Positions 1 through 13,198 of a stretch of DNA of 64,000 nucleotides are shown here, one piece after another. This DNA comes from Eledone cirrhosa (Eukaryota): assembly GCA_964016885.1 (NCBI GenBank), contig OZ024747.1, positions 82,150,001 through 82,214,000 on the forward strand. Direction: 5' to 3'. Each line of letters opens with the position of its first letter. Within the stretch, counting starts at the first letter, position 1. Below the pieces are notes generated by a model. That model saw only the letters and a list, made by a program, of their open reading frames with translations, was not told where the DNA came from and made no database searches. Position numbers and translations under genes: made by a program.

Positions 1-332
1 CTCTTCACAGTTTGAACTAACTAACTCAGTCGCTTTTGAACTAACTAACTCTAAATCTTCTATACCTAGACGTACCCAGACATTTCCTCTAGTTCTATCA
101 CTCTCACCTCGCCCCACCTCTCAGAAAGTACTCCAAATATTACACCCACTCCATATTTTCATAATCCGCAGATCTCTTTTTGCTTACAGTTTACCTGCAA
201 ACACTGACTTACAAACGTTTAACCAGAACATCAACCGAATCATAGATGGGTTTATAGATGGGTTTATCCCCCCTTTTTCTGACTAATTTATAAATATAAG
301 TTCGTATCTAAAAAAGAAAGCCAGAGTCCTAT

Positions 333-576
333 GGAAATTATGATAAAACATTTCTATAAACATAAACGGGCATAATGGAAATAGATGTAGGGGTGGGGAT
401 GATACGGTTTAAAGAATTGAAACGAAAACAGGTGAGTGCCATTATTATTTTTTTTTTTACGACAGTAGAAAATGAAATGAAATAAACTATTATATTAGTT
501 AGCAGTTGCACCAATATAGCGTGATTCACAATAGAGGTGTATATAAAGGCATAAACGATATGTTTATGCCTACTAA

Positions 577-580
<4 letters not shown>
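333..580. repeat. Interspersed repeat; diverged inverted copy at ~11680-11930
   Basis: gcaccaatatagcgtg...ataaacgatatgtttatg..tactaagcat is the reverse complement of gcttagta..cataaacatatcgtttatgc...cacgctatattggtgc at 11681-11750; both abut (TA)n. Confidence 0.7.
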
Positions 581-616
<36 letters not shown>

Positions 617-675
617 CAAGGCTCTGATACCATCAACGCTATAAACACAGAGCTGGCATATCTAAGAACTGACTA

Positions 676-731
676 ACTGCCCGATGAGGTCATAGCCATT
701 CAATGGCTATCATCGAAATATATATAGCAGT
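676..731 (+). ncRNA. Type I hammerhead ribozyme-like motif (core variant CCGAUGA)
   Basis: Stem I actgc/gcagt; core ccgatga (U4>C vs CUGANGA); stem II containing atagccat/atggctat; GAAA; short stem III A-tatata-T; AUA site. Confidence 0.65.
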
Positions 732-772
732 AAATAAAGGATTATGAGTTCATGCAATTTACTTATGTTTCG

Positions 773-808
<36 letters not shown>

Positions 809-897
809 GGAAAATTTGAACAGGAACAAAACAGAGAGGCAGTACAACGAATGTTTATTAATTTCACGCTCGGGAGAGTGGGGTGGTGGTGCGGAAC

Positions 898-925
898 GAC
901 GTTTCGGGAATAAGCCCTTCCTCAG
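898..925 (-). ncRNA. Minimal hammerhead core, stem I degenerate
   Basis: Minus strand reads ctgagga-a-ggg-cttatt-ccc-gaaa-cg-tc; the flanks do not form a good stem I. Followed by a ~90-nt tail ending at (TA)n near 806. Confidence 0.55.
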
Positions 926-1528
926 GTGAGAAGTGTGTGGGAAGAGAGTTCAAAGGGTGTGTAGGGGAGTGGTGGAGAGACATATAGCGAAAAGGGGGTG
1001 GGAGGAAACGGTGCGAATGAAATTAAAAATAAAAATAAAAATAAAGCATGATCAAAATAAAATGAAATGAAATAAAAATAAATATAAAAGCATGATCAAA
1101 ATAAACTGAAATTAAAAAGGGGGTAAAACAGGTGGTGGAAGGGTGTGGGGTGTGTAGGGGTGGTGGCGGGTGGACTGGGGAGAGAGAGACGGGGTGTCCG
1201 AGCGGGGAGGGCTGAAGGTGGTGTGTGTGTGTGTGTATGTGAAAGCAAGGGTTGGGGGAAGAACGGGGTTGCATGTTCAGGAAGAGGTGTGTGTGGGGTG
1301 GGGTGTAGGTCGGAGTGTGTGTGCGTGTGTGGATAGAGGGGTGGGGCGAGAGGAATCCGGAGGCTGAAGGTGTAAATATGTGGTGAAAAGCACGTGTGTG
1401 TGGGGTTTAGGCGTGTTGTGGGTGTAGGTGGCGTGTGGGAGAAAAAAAAATTTTTTGGGTGTGTGTGTGGGTGAGTTATATAGGTGATTCCGTAAGAGGA
1501 TGTGGTTGAAATGTTGGTATATATATAA

Positions 1529-1950
1529 TGTAGGAGGTGAGTTTTATTGTAGCACAATAAAGCAATGCAAATATCGGATAAGTAGCACTCAACAGTTTAT
1601 TGGACTGGAGTATATTTTTCTCTGTGGAGACAGCGTTTTTCAGTTTAAATGTTTATCTCTCTCTCTTTTTCTCCTTTCTCTTTCTCTCTCCTTCCTCCTT
1701 CTTATACTCTTCCTCCGTTATCCTTTCCTACTCCCTTCCCTTTTTTCCAATCTCCTATATCCTTTTAAATTTATTTATCATATGTTGATTAGACACTACC
1801 TTGCTTACAAGTGTTTTTTTCTTAAGCTTCATATCATGTCTCCCTATTTTATCTGATGAGAACGCAAATATCGCCCCAGGATGATATTTGTTTTTGTAAT
1901 ACGCATAATAAAATACATGGAACTTTTCTAACCATCTTTTAATTTCTTCT
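1529..1950. mobile_element. Penelope-like terminal cassette, family A, copy 1 (inverted tail plus hammerhead segment)
   Basis: 1529-1612 matches 32410-32495 and is the reverse complement of ~47832-47917; ~1780-1950 matches 32700-32830 and the reverse complement of 46380-46560; flanked by (TA)n. Confidence 0.7.
1845..1915 (+). ncRNA. Hammerhead motif family A, mutated (GAAA>GTAA)
   Basis: tattttat-ctgatga-stem II (caaatatc/gatatttg)-gtaa-tacgca-ta-ataaaata. Confidence 0.7.
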
Positions 1951-1981
<31 letters not shown>

Positions 1982-1984
1982 ATG

Positions 1985-2021
<37 letters not shown>

Positions 2022-2025
<4 letters not shown>

Positions 2026-2108
2026 ATAATAATAAATTTGAAGACTAAAATCCAAAGAGGGCTCGATAAGGATAAATATATATCAAATATATAAGAACCG
2101 TAGAGCAA
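2022..2108 (-). repeat. Terminal fragment of a repeat also found at 56210-56310 and 57889-57975
   Basis: Near-identical tagtaataataataaatttgaagactaaaatccaaagagg...tatataagaac adjacent to (TA)n. Confidence 0.8.
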
Positions 2109-2574
2109 GGTGTGCGCGCGCGTGTGTGTGTGTGTATACCTGCTCTGTGCTAGTTAAGTTATGAGGGCCTTACTTGGGCCCTGAAGGAAGTAGGCCCGGT
2201 AAAAGAAAATTGGCAGGACGATAGGATGCCCCTGGCACACCTAGGTACAATGGTAAATCTCTCACTGCCACTAACACCCATACAATCTCACCCAACCTTG
2301 ATATCTTCCGCGATCAATGACATATGTAATATATCATATACTGAAGCAGACAAATATTTGGTGTTGTGCCTAAACATCGGCATCTCTATGTAATGTGTTT
2401 AGATCCGTGAGATACAACTTTGTTGCTCAGTTGTCCTCTACGATTAGATTTTGATTTCTAATTTCAGGAAAGGCAAAGTTGACGTCTGTGGGATTCGAAC
2501 TCAGAATAAATACCGCAATAATATTTTATTTAATGTTATACCAATTCTACCAACCACTAGATATTAATAGGTTT

Positions 2575-2878
2575 CTTGGCACTCCGTCGGTTACAACAAT
2601 GAGTGTTCTAGTTGATCCGATCAATGGAACAACCTGCTCATGAAATTAACATGCAAGTGGCTGGGCATTCCACAGACACGCGTAGTTCTCAGGGAGATTC
2701 AGCGTGACACAGAATATGAAAAGGCTGGCTCTGCCAATTACAGGTACAACTTATTTTTGCCAGCTGAGTGGACTGTGAAATAAATTGTCTTGCTGAAGGA
2801 CAGACACAACGCACCACCGGGAATGGAACTCACGATTGTGAGCCGAATACCCTAACTACAAAGCCATGTGCCTTCACA
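2575..2878 (-). mobile_element. tRNA-derived SINE, CORE-like type
   Basis: Minus strand starts tgtgaaggcacatggctttgtagttagggt (A-box-like) and contains tgtccttcagcaagacaattt, similar to 16679-16830; the tail differs. Confidence 0.7.
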
Positions 2879-2880
2879 GC

Positions 2881-3750
2881 AGGGTGGTGGATTGGTAGTG
2901 TCGATAGAGCATCGGACAACATGCTTCACGGCATAGAGTTACGGCCTTTTATGATCTGAGTTCAAATCCCGCCGAGGTTAACTTTGCCTTTCATCCTTAC
3001 GACTTTTCCTTCCCCCAAAATTGCTGGCCTTGTGCCTAAATTAGAAACCATTATTATTATTTGTTTCAGGATGGTGGATTGCCAGTATCGGTTAAATGTC
3101 GAACACAATGCTTGGGAACATAGAGTTACGTCCCTTTACGTTCTGAGTTCAAATCCCGCCGAGGTTAACCTTGCCTTTCATCCTTACGGGGTCGATAAAA
3201 TAAAGTACGAGTAATGTACTGGGTAATTGCTGACCTTGTGCCAAAAGTAGAAACAATTATTATTATTTGTTTCAGAATGGTGGGTTGCCAGTATCGGTTA
3301 AGTGTCAGACACCATGCTTTGTGACATAGAGTTACGTCCCTTTACGTTGTGGGTTCAAATCTCGCCGAGGTTAGCTTTGCCTTTCATCCTTACGGGGTCT
3401 ATAAAATAAAGTACCAGTCACGCACTTGTTACAGCTCACACCTATGCAGGCTTAGCTGGCTTCCTCCAAGGTATATTTTGTTGGAGGTGTCGTGAATGAT
3501 TTAATGATAGGGACCCCAGTCCTATCATCTCATTTCTACAGCTGAGTAAACTGGAGCAACGTGAAATAAAGTGTCTTGCTTAAGGAAACAACACATCACC
3601 CGGTCCGATAATTGAGCTCACAACCTTTCGATTGCAAGCCCAATGCTCTAACCACTAAGCCATGCGCCTTCACGTCACGCACTGAGGTCGATTTAATCGA
3701 ATTTTCCCTACCCAAAATTGCTGGCCTTGTGCCTATATAAGAAACCAATA
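2881..3750 (+). mobile_element. Three tandem tRNA-derived SINEs (type A); the third is interrupted by a CORE-like SINE
   Basis: Units at ~2881-3060, 3070-3268 and 3277-3426+3684-3750; B-box gagttcaaatcc; central gcctttcatccttacggggtcgataaaataaagtacc; tail gctggccttgtgcc..agaaac(att)n. Confidence 0.85.
3427..3673 (-). mobile_element. CORE-like tRNA SINE nested in a type A SINE, with 10-bp TSD
   Basis: gtcacgcact at 3417-3426 and 3674-3683; minus-strand head gtgaaggcgcatggcttagtggttagagc. Confidence 0.8.
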
Positions 3751-4162
3751 TATTAAACTATTAATAAAAGAAGCAGCGACATCAACAGCAGGAGTTGTAA
3801 CAAACGAAATTTACCGGATAAAATATCAGTTTATATCAACATTTTCAGGCTTCATAGAAAATTACATAGCCAAGAATTAGCTTTGTTAAAAAGAAATTCA
3901 AGTTATATATTTTCGTTTTGTTATTTATCATACGATACTGATCTTTTACTTTGTCAGCATTAATTAATTGAGTGTTAGAATAATTGTGCTATCTACTAAA
4001 TGGAAGCGCTACAAAGACGTTAAAATTAAACAGGCCTAATGAAAACCAAACCATTCTAATGTGTGTGTATAAACAGATACGTGTTCTGTGTGTTTTGTGA
4101 GTGTGTACAATACTGTATATGTATGAATATATGAATATATGAATATCTGTTTGTATATATGT

Positions 4163-4164
<2 letters not shown>

Positions 4165-4195
<31 letters not shown>

Positions 4196-4235
4196 CTACA
4201 TTCATACAGACACACGCACACACACATATATATAT

Positions 4236-4291
<56 letters not shown>

Positions 4292-4517
4292 ATATATATA
4301 TATACAATATATATATATATACAATATATATATATATACAATATATATATATATACAATATATATATATATACAATATATATATATATATACAATATATA
4401 TATATACAATATATATATACAATATATATATATATATACAATATATATATATATACAATATATATATATATATACAATATATATATATACAATATATATA
4501 TATATACAACATATATA
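4165..4517. repeat. (TA)n array with periodic CAA interruptions
   Basis: Direct inspection. Confidence 0.95.
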
Positions 4518-4519
4518 AC

Positions 4520-7500
4520 TTTGAATAACTTTGAAATGTTTTGGCCAGTATTGGCCCAGGCCATGTCTAACTTAATAGCACCACCCGGCGAAGTCTTTCA
4601 ATTCAGGATTTGGGCACCATGGCCCATTCGAGAAGAGAATTACTGTTTGCGGAGACATATCCGGGTGTGGGTGGTTTGTCCGGGATTACTTGGAGGAATT
4701 TGTCCAAAGACTTCTTGAATTTTGTGTGGTCAGTTTCTGTTTTGACGTGTCCTGGTGTGATGTTGAAGAGAGCAGGGCCGATTGAGGTGAAATAATTGTG
4801 CCGTATTGTTGTTATGAGTTGCGATTTAGATTTTTGAATGGGACGGATAGCACGGGGCCCAAGCCTTGGGTGTATCTTGAAGGCGATGCCAACATCATTT
4901 GGGCAGTGATGATGGAACATTTTCCACATCATGCAGATAATATAACGCTCACGGCGACGTTGGAGTGAGTAAAGTTTCAGGTTTTCTAATCGACCCCAGT
5001 AGTCAAGGTCTGACATGCCATCTATCTTTTTCGTGATTGCCCTTTGAGGAGCTTCAAGTTTCATGATACTTTGTTTCGTGTGGGGAGACCACAGTGGACA
5101 ACAGTATTCAAGGTGTGGTCGGGCGAAAGTAGAGAAGAGAAGGATAATGGTGCGGGAATCTCTCGACTGGAAGGTTCTGAGGATCCAGGAACACATTCTG
5201 CGGGCCATGTCAACTTTGCTGCTTATATGCGTGGTCCAGCTTATGTTGCTGTCCACGGTTACTCCCAAGTCTCTGATGTTGTTAGATGCCACGAGAGTTT
5301 CCCCGGAGGGAAGGGAGTACGGGAGTTTCAGAGCATCCTCTTTTCCAAAGTGGATCAGTTCGAATTTGTCTTCGTTCAGTAACATGTTGTTCTTTTCTGC
5401 CCATTGGGTAACAGCCAGTAGGTCTGACTGAAGGCTTATCCGGTCATCCACGCCATTGATGACCTTTTGGAGCTTGGAATCATCAGCGAAAATTTTAATG
5501 TTGCTGTGTTTGATGATGTCAGTGATGTCATTAATATAGATGATGAAGAGAAGTGGGCCCAACACAGTGCCTTGTGGGACCCCACTACTGACTTTGGCTG
5601 GGCTTGATTTGACTCCCTCAACTACAACATGTTGGGTTCTGTTTGACAGGAAGCTCTTGATCCACTGCAGCAGCTTTCCAGTGACACCAATATTGGACAG
5701 CTTTCTCAGTAGAATGTTATGATCAACCCTGTCAAAGGCCTTGCTGAAATCAAGGTAGATAACATCAGTGTTGGAACCCTCTCCCAAGGCTCTCAAAATG
5801 TCATCAAAGTGATGCAGTAGCTGCGTCAGGCAATCCCTTCCATTACGGAATCCATGCTGGTTAGAGTTCAGCATATTGTTACACTCAAGGAAGTGGGTCA
5901 TTCGCGATCTCACCACTCGCTCAAATACCTTAATGATATGAGAGGTGAGTGAGATTGGACGGTAATTCACGGCAAGGGATTTGTTTCCCTTTTTGAAAAC
6001 TGGGACAACAGACTGGGATAGAAGGTTTTCTGGCACATATCCAGCATCCAGTGAGTTCCGCCACAGATTGGCAAGAGGAGATGCAAGTTGGTGTTGACAC
6101 GCCCTCAAGACACAAGCAGGGAACCTATCGGGACCTACTGCTGAATTATGCTTGATTTCCTTTATTGCCGCCAGGACATCAGGGGCGCCAAACGTTATGT
6201 CCGATAAGGTGTAATGGGGAGTAACATCGCCGATACAGCCCAGATCGGCCATATCAGGATTGCTGAAAACAGAGCAGTATTGTTTCTGCAGTATCTCACC
6301 CATGGTTTTAGCATTGTCTTGAAGAGTGCCATTTTCATCAATTAGAGGGCCAACAGTAGAGCCAGTGATTTTGTGTTTTTTTGCAAATGAAAAGAACACT
6401 TTGGGATTGAGTTTGATCTTCTCAATGGCCCAGGCCTCTTCAGCTCTTCTCTGATTGTTGATGAGGGACATTATGTTGTTTTGGAGGTTATGTTTTTTAA
6501 TCTCTAGTGATGAAATGGCAGTCAAGTTGATGTGTTGCTGCTGACAGTATTTCAGCTTGTTGATTTTTTTGTTCGTTCTCTTAATTTTTCTGATGAGCGT
6601 TTTTCTATTTCTAGGGATTCTGCTCTTAGATTTGTTTATAGTTCTTAATGGGGTGTGTTTAGCACATATGTTTGTAACAGTGTCCACAAATGTCTGCCAG
6701 GACTTTTTGATGTTAGTGGGTGCATGAGTGTGCGTGAAGGACCAGTCGACATGTGCAAGATCATGACTGATCGCTTCCCAGTTTGCATTGTGGAAATCCA
6801 TAGCGTCAAACGGATGGACAGGAGAGATGACATTGGGTTTGTATATTGGACGGTGGAATCTCAGATCACAGAGAACCATGTCATGATCAGAGAGTAGAGT
6901 TTTCTCCACTGCAATATTGTGGATATTGTCAGTGTGATTGCTGAAAATTAAGTCTAGGACGTTTTTGTGGCACCTCGTTGGTTCGAGCACCAGTTGGGAT
7001 AGGAAGAAATCATCCATGAAGTCAAGAAGCGATCCCACAGCTTCCCTGTCAGAGGTTGAGGCAGAAGAACCTGGTGGCAGGCTGTTTGTGGACCAGTCAA
7101 CTCCGGGGAGGTTGAAGTCCCCCATCATTAAGATGTTGTCAGGGTGACACTGTTGGATGAAACACTTTATGCTGTTGAGGCATTCCTTGAAGCATGGTAC
7201 AGGCGTTTGGGGTGGCCTATAGAGCCCAACTACTAATAGGTTGTTGGTTTGACTGAATACAGTGACTGCTTCACAGTATCCATTAGTGAATATGTTCATA
7301 GCCTCTGTTGAGAAAGAATTATGGACATAAATGGCAGTTCCGCCCTTTCTTCTGCCAGCGCGATCAGCACGGATGGCTTTGAAATTTTTCACTTTCACCT
7401 CGGCTTCCAAGTGGAGGTTACTGAGATGGGTTTCAGTGAGGACGAAGAAAGGGATGTGGTTTGGATGGACATCAATCCAGTCCTCCAGGAATTTGATCTT

Positions 7501-7725
7501 CCATTTTTGAGTATTGGTGTAAGGGCTGATGCCTTGGGCGTTAAGCAAAAATGTAGAGGCGAGAGTGGATGGTTTTAATTGTTTTGGTGTGTTGTTAATT
7601 TGTTTGTTTGTTAATGGCAGCAATGGGAGTTTGTGCAGTGGGGTGATAGTGGAGGGTGGTGCTGGGTGATAGCTCGAATGTTTTTTTCCAGTTCTTTTGC
7701 CAGATTCATTATGGCTAAAAATATA
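4520..7725 (-). mobile_element. CR1-group non-LTR retrotransposon (family 1), 5'-truncated near the end of ORF1
   Basis: Intact ORF2; short 3' UTR ending in caaagttatt/caaagttata repeats; ORF1 C-terminal remnant at 7611-7725; (TA)n on both sides. Confidence 0.9.
4603..7623 (-). CDS. LINE ORF2: AP endonuclease plus reverse transcriptase (1006 aa, uninterrupted, no proximal ATG)
   Basis: APE motifs LLNAQG, LTETHL, GLYRPP, MGDFN, LDL, SDH; RT motifs NYRPISLTS, QHGFR, YLDFSKAFD, GVPQGTVLGP, FADD; C-terminal LEYCCPLWSP and LYSLQRRRERY. Confidence 0.95.
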   Translation of the reverse strand: MLPLTNKQINNTPKQLKPSTLASTFLLNAQGISPYTNTQKWKIKFLEDWIDVHPNHIPFFVLTETHLSNLHLEAEVKVKNFKAIRADRAGRRKGGTAIYVHNSFSTEAMNIFTNGYCEAVTVFSQTNNLLVVGLYRPPQTPVPCFKECLNSIKCFIQQCHPDNILMMGDFNLPGVDWSTNSLPPGSSASTSDREAVGSLLDFMDDFFLSQLVLEPTRCHKNVLDLIFSNHTDNIHNIAVEKTLLSDHDMVLCDLRFHRPIYKPNVISPVHPFDAMDFHNANWEAISHDLAHVDWSFTHTHAPTNIKKSWQTFVDTVTNICAKHTPLRTINKSKSRIPRNRKTLIRKIKRTNKKINKLKYCQQQHINLTAISSLEIKKHNLQNNIMSLINNQRRAEEAWAIEKIKLNPKVFFSFAKKHKITGSTVGPLIDENGTLQDNAKTMGEILQKQYCSVFSNPDMADLGCIGDVTPHYTLSDITFGAPDVLAAIKEIKHNSAVGPDRFPACVLRACQHQLASPLANLWRNSLDAGYVPENLLSQSVVPVFKKGNKSLAVNYRPISLTSHIIKVFERVVRSRMTHFLECNNMLNSNQHGFRNGRDCLTQLLHHFDDILRALGEGSNTDVIYLDFSKAFDRVDHNILLRKLSNIGVTGKLLQWIKSFLSNRTQHVVVEGVKSSPAKVSSGVPQGTVLGPLLFIIYINDITDIIKHSNIKIFADDSKLQKVINGVDDRISLQSDLLAVTQWAEKNNMLLNEDKFELIHFGKEDALKLPYSLPSGETLVASNNIRDLGVTVDSNISWTTHISSKVDMARRMCSWILRTFQSRDSRTIILLFSTFARPHLEYCCPLWSPHTKQSIMKLEAPQRAITKKIDGMSDLDYWGRLENLKLYSLQRRRERYIICMMWKMFHHHCPNDVGIAFKIHPRLGPRAIRPIQKSKSQLITTIRHNYFTSIGPALFNITPGHVKTETDHTKFKKSLDKFLQVIPDKPPTPGYVSANSNSLLEWAMVPKS

Positions 7726-7726
7726 T

Positions 7727-8924
<1,198 letters not shown>

Positions 8925-9185
8925 TAGATAAATCTACCAAGAGTTTACGGTAGTGTCCAATCCGTATGAAGAACTCAATGTATTCCGGATATCATGGAAA
9001 GAAGAGATGTAATGAAAAACCACTTTCGGTGAAAGATAAACGGTATACAGAGTCAAGATAAAATATTAAACAAATAATGAATAAACAATTCTAACACATA
9101 TATATCCTAGAAACGATCGTTAAATAATGAACTTTTTTTGTTTAATATAAGGAATTGTTTATTCATTATTTGTTTAATATTTTAT
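8925..9185. mobile_element. Short fold-back cassette between TA arrays, with a hammerhead-like 3' half
   Basis: ~34-bp inverted repeat at 9058-9091 / 9152-9185; the spacer contains gaaa-cgatcg-tt (9110-9121). Confidence 0.5.
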
Positions 9186-9196
9186 ATATATATATG

Positions 9197-9248
<52 letters not shown>

Positions 9249-9523
9249 CTTCGCTATACGATAAACATAAAATGTACATAAATAGATATAGATATATAAA
9301 AAATACATGATAAAATGACAAGTTAGTCAATCATATTGATGGCCTCCCCACAGCCCTGGCAGACAGAATGGAGAAGGGGTTTCCCCGGAGGACGGCAAGG
9401 GAGGCGCGCTGGAAGAGCCATTCCAACTCTCGAGACTCACACCTGCGGCTGACCAGCTCAGCGCCTATGGTGGTGAGTTCATCTCCTTATATCCTAGTTA
9501 ACTTATATTATCTCCTTGTATTA

Positions 9524-9712
9524 TGGCGGTGGATTGGCAGTATCTGTAGAGGGTCGGACGCCATGCTTTGACGCATAGAGTTACGGCCCTTCCCATTCTG
9601 AGTTCAAACCCCGCCCCGGTTAACTTTGCCTTTCATCTTTACGGGTTCGATAAAATAAAGTACCAGTAATGCACTGAGTAATTGCTGGCCTTGTGCCAAA
9701 AGTAGAAACAAT
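9524..9712 (+). mobile_element. tRNA-derived SINE type A
   Basis: Full head-to-tail match; flanked by duplicated attatctccttgtattat within a local tandem repeat. Confidence 0.9.
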
Positions 9713-10497
9713 TATCTCCTTGTATTATATCATCTTATATTATCCTAGTTAACTTATATTATCTCCTTGAATTATATCATCTCCTTGTATTATATCATCT
9801 CCTTATATTATACTAGTTAACTTAGCTCTTTGATTAATCAAATATTTAACCTGTTCGATTATTCTAGTTTGATTAACAAGTTTAGTCTGTTCTATCCTAT
9901 CTAACAGTAGTAATCCACATCAGTAACTTGACCTTTTAAATATTTACAAAGTTTTTATTCTTTTATAACAAGTGTATTTCGTCTCTTGATTCATTCCATA
10001 TTATCTCACACGTTGATCTCTTTTCTATTATTGCAATGTAATCGATCACATTCCCCCTTAATTATCTATCTCCCTTCATTGCACTTCACTTAAATTGTGT
10101 ATTTCATATTTAGTTTGTTTTTTCTGTTTTCTTCTATACATTTTATATATCCTCTTATTTATTTAATCAACTAGTTTGTTACTTTGCAACTTAATGTATT
10201 TATTTTACCTTATCAATAACCATCATTCTCTCTCGTTCCAGCAAGCTTCAAATTAGTTTAAATTTGCCTACACACTCCTTTTTATCAGCTATTTGTCTAA
10301 ACTATCCTTAACTTTGTAATTCTGTCAATTAACTTCTCTTACCAAACTCTGATTTAATCGAAGATTGGGAACAGAATATTATAAAGAGCCTTATTGTCTT
10401 CACTATATATTAATTTTCATGGTACGACTTCAAATATTAGAATTTGAATTTTTGCTCTAACATAGCAGAACATCAATGTAAGCATAGGTTATATCAA

Positions 10498-10673
10498 ATA
10501 ATTGTTTCTACATTTGGCACAAGGCCAGTAATTACCCAGTACATTACTGGTACTTTAGTTTATGGACCCCGTAAGGATGAAAGGCAAAGTTAACCTCGAC
10601 GGGATTTGAACTCAGACCGTAACGGGACGTAACTATGCTGGAAAGCATGGCGTCCGACGCTCTACCGATACTG
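10498..10673 (-). mobile_element. tRNA-derived SINE type A
   Basis: Reverse complement of the type A consensus. Confidence 0.9.
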
Positions 10674-10674
10674 G

Positions 10675-10839
10675 TCGTTTGCAAACAAACGGTCTCACTA
10701 TGCTATGCTTTGTTTTTGATGACAATCGCCATCCGTTAGTTCAACAGTAGCATCGAGGAACAACCGATGCCACTGTTGAACTAACGGATGGCGATAGCAT
10801 CAAAAACAATGCATAGTGAGACCGTTTGCTTGCAAACGA
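10675..10839. repeat. Fold-back inverted repeat (~75-80 bp arms, 9-nt loop)
   Basis: tcgtttgcaaacaaacggtctcactatgc...atcgccatccgttagttcaacagtagcatcg / cgatgccactgttgaactaacggatggcgat...gcatagtgagaccgtttgcttgcaaacga. Confidence 0.85.
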
Positions 10840-11346
10840 ATCTAATATTATTTTATATTCAATATATCCCATATATATTTCAAATATTAACTCCCCATTA
10901 TCACTTGGTATTAAATGCTACACTTTTTTATACACCAAAATCATTTTAATTTGTTTATAAACATTGTACTGTTTTAATTGCTCTACCCTTAGATACTTAC
11001 TGTCTATGGTCTCTTAAACAAGTTTGTTTTAATGTAATTGCACTTATATTATTACATGTATATTACTTGGGTTTCTTTTCAAACCGTTTGTTACATAGTT
11101 ATACATAACTTAATATTCGAGTTGAATTTCCAAACTTCAGAAGTGATTAAAGGTTTTTAACTGAATAAAAAACTTTACTTCCTTTCAACCAATAACAGGC
11201 ATCCTCTCTTCAAAGATTTTTTAATACTTTAGTTCCCCGGCAACCAATAGCAAGAACTACTTATTTTTTCAAACATATGTTTCTAAAACAAGTATAGTAG
11301 AGGAATCTATGAAGCATATATGATATGATTATGTATAATAATATAT

Positions 11347-11539
11347 GGACCTGCCAACCTCTAGAAATCCAAACATGGAGTACCGTGAGAAAAGGTGCCC
11401 CAAAACGGAGAGAAATGAGGCAAAATGGGGAGATTTTACATAATGAAAGCTATACCCATTTTCACAAGAGAAGACATCTCTCACCCACGCCAAAGTGAGT
11501 AGGTGGTTTCCCGTTGGACAGGGAGAGTTGGCAGGTCAG
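11347..11539. mobile_element. MITE (possibly hAT-derived), copy 1
   Basis: TIR gacctgccaac / gttggcaggtc; second copy at 51589-51784. Confidence 0.75.
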
Positions 11540-12067
11540 TATATGAGTCCCGCTATGAATATTGTAAGGTGTGATCATGTTACAGTTATCTCAGTAACCA
11601 TGTGAGAGCGCCAAACACGTTTTTCAAGTTTTGTATCCATTACGTGACATAATCACCTCTTAAAGTATTCATATATATATGCTTAGTATACATAAACATA
11701 TCGTTTATGCTTTTATAAACACATCTATTATCAACCACGCTATATTGGTGCTACTGCTAATTATCTAGTGTAATAGTTTATTTTATTTTCCATTCTTAAA
11801 AAACAGCACGCAATAAATTTTCTTTCTGTTTTTTTTTTCAATTTATTAAATCCTATCATTTCTCCCTCCTCCATCTATTTCCATAATACCAGTTCTCTGT
11901 TTATAAAAATGCTTTTATCATAATTTCAACGCTTTGAAAAATTCCTCTGGGCATGAAGCAGTGTGGCTGGAAGCATTGATTTACAGGAATATTTTAACTC
12001 AGCGAATCACGCTTTGAATCAATTACTATGATTCTGGTTTATTTAGTATCAAACCATAGGTTTCTAG

Positions 12068-12299
<232 letters not shown>

Positions 12300-12806
12300 C
12301 GGTTGTATCACGATTCGTTTGATTACACATCAAACGAATCGTAGATACTGAATACTGTTAGTTAGAGTGGAACAATTTGATCTTGTGTCACTACTCTGAG
12401 TTTCTCTATTACGATGCACAGTCTTCTGACAATCGGGAACGAGAAACTTTGATAAGCAAGACACAGAGACTCAGCTTTGTATACATATATTTGATAGCTA
12501 TGATTCTTTCTGCAGCCCCTCACCACACACACGTTTTTGTAAAAAAATTATATTATATTTTGCATGAACCAATTTCTTTTCGTTAGTACTTCAAATTTGC
12601 ATGCAATATAAAAAACATAGATGCATCTTCAACTCTTAGCATTTTCCTATATAACATGATTTTCACAGAATTCTTTAATTTTCTTACCCTTTAATTTTTT
12701 CACTGCATATATTGTGTGTGTTGTCTGTGTGTGTGTCATGCGCATGCGTCTGTGAATGTGTGCGCATGTGTGAGTGTAAAGAGTAAACAATAATAACAAA
12801 GCAAAT

Positions 12807-12850
<44 letters not shown>

Positions 12851-13121
12851 AAGGTATATATTGAGTTAGGAACTCAAAATAGTCTCTTACAATAAAATAG
12901 CTCTAAGAAAGAGTCGTATATACCAAGTCGTATATTCCGAGCCGTATATTATAATTGAATATAAAAGAAAAATAAACACAGATATATATATGTGTTCAAA
13001 TCGTAAGGGACCAGATTCGCTAAGGTGAAAAGAATACTAACTATAGACAATAGGGTTTGCCTGTCTCGATTTAAGAAAAAATCAAGAAAATAAATACAAA
13101 CCGGAATTGTGGTAACTACCA

Positions 13122-13198
13122 ATCACCCAGACAGCTTAGTGCTCTTTCGCAATATTAATTGTGAATAGAATTACCAATTCTTGCTCATCAGTGGGTGA

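Noticed and set aside
2881-3420. Regularly spaced direct repeats suggesting a CRISPR array
   Set aside because: They are ~190-bp tandem SINEs in a eukaryotic context, with no unique spacers or cas genes.
5044-7578. Short plus-strand ORFs antisense to LINE ORF2
   Set aside because: Shadow ORFs with no independent support.
9341-9480. GC-rich patch ending in gtgagt (possible exon)
   Set aside because: No acceptor or promoter context and no recognisable peptide.
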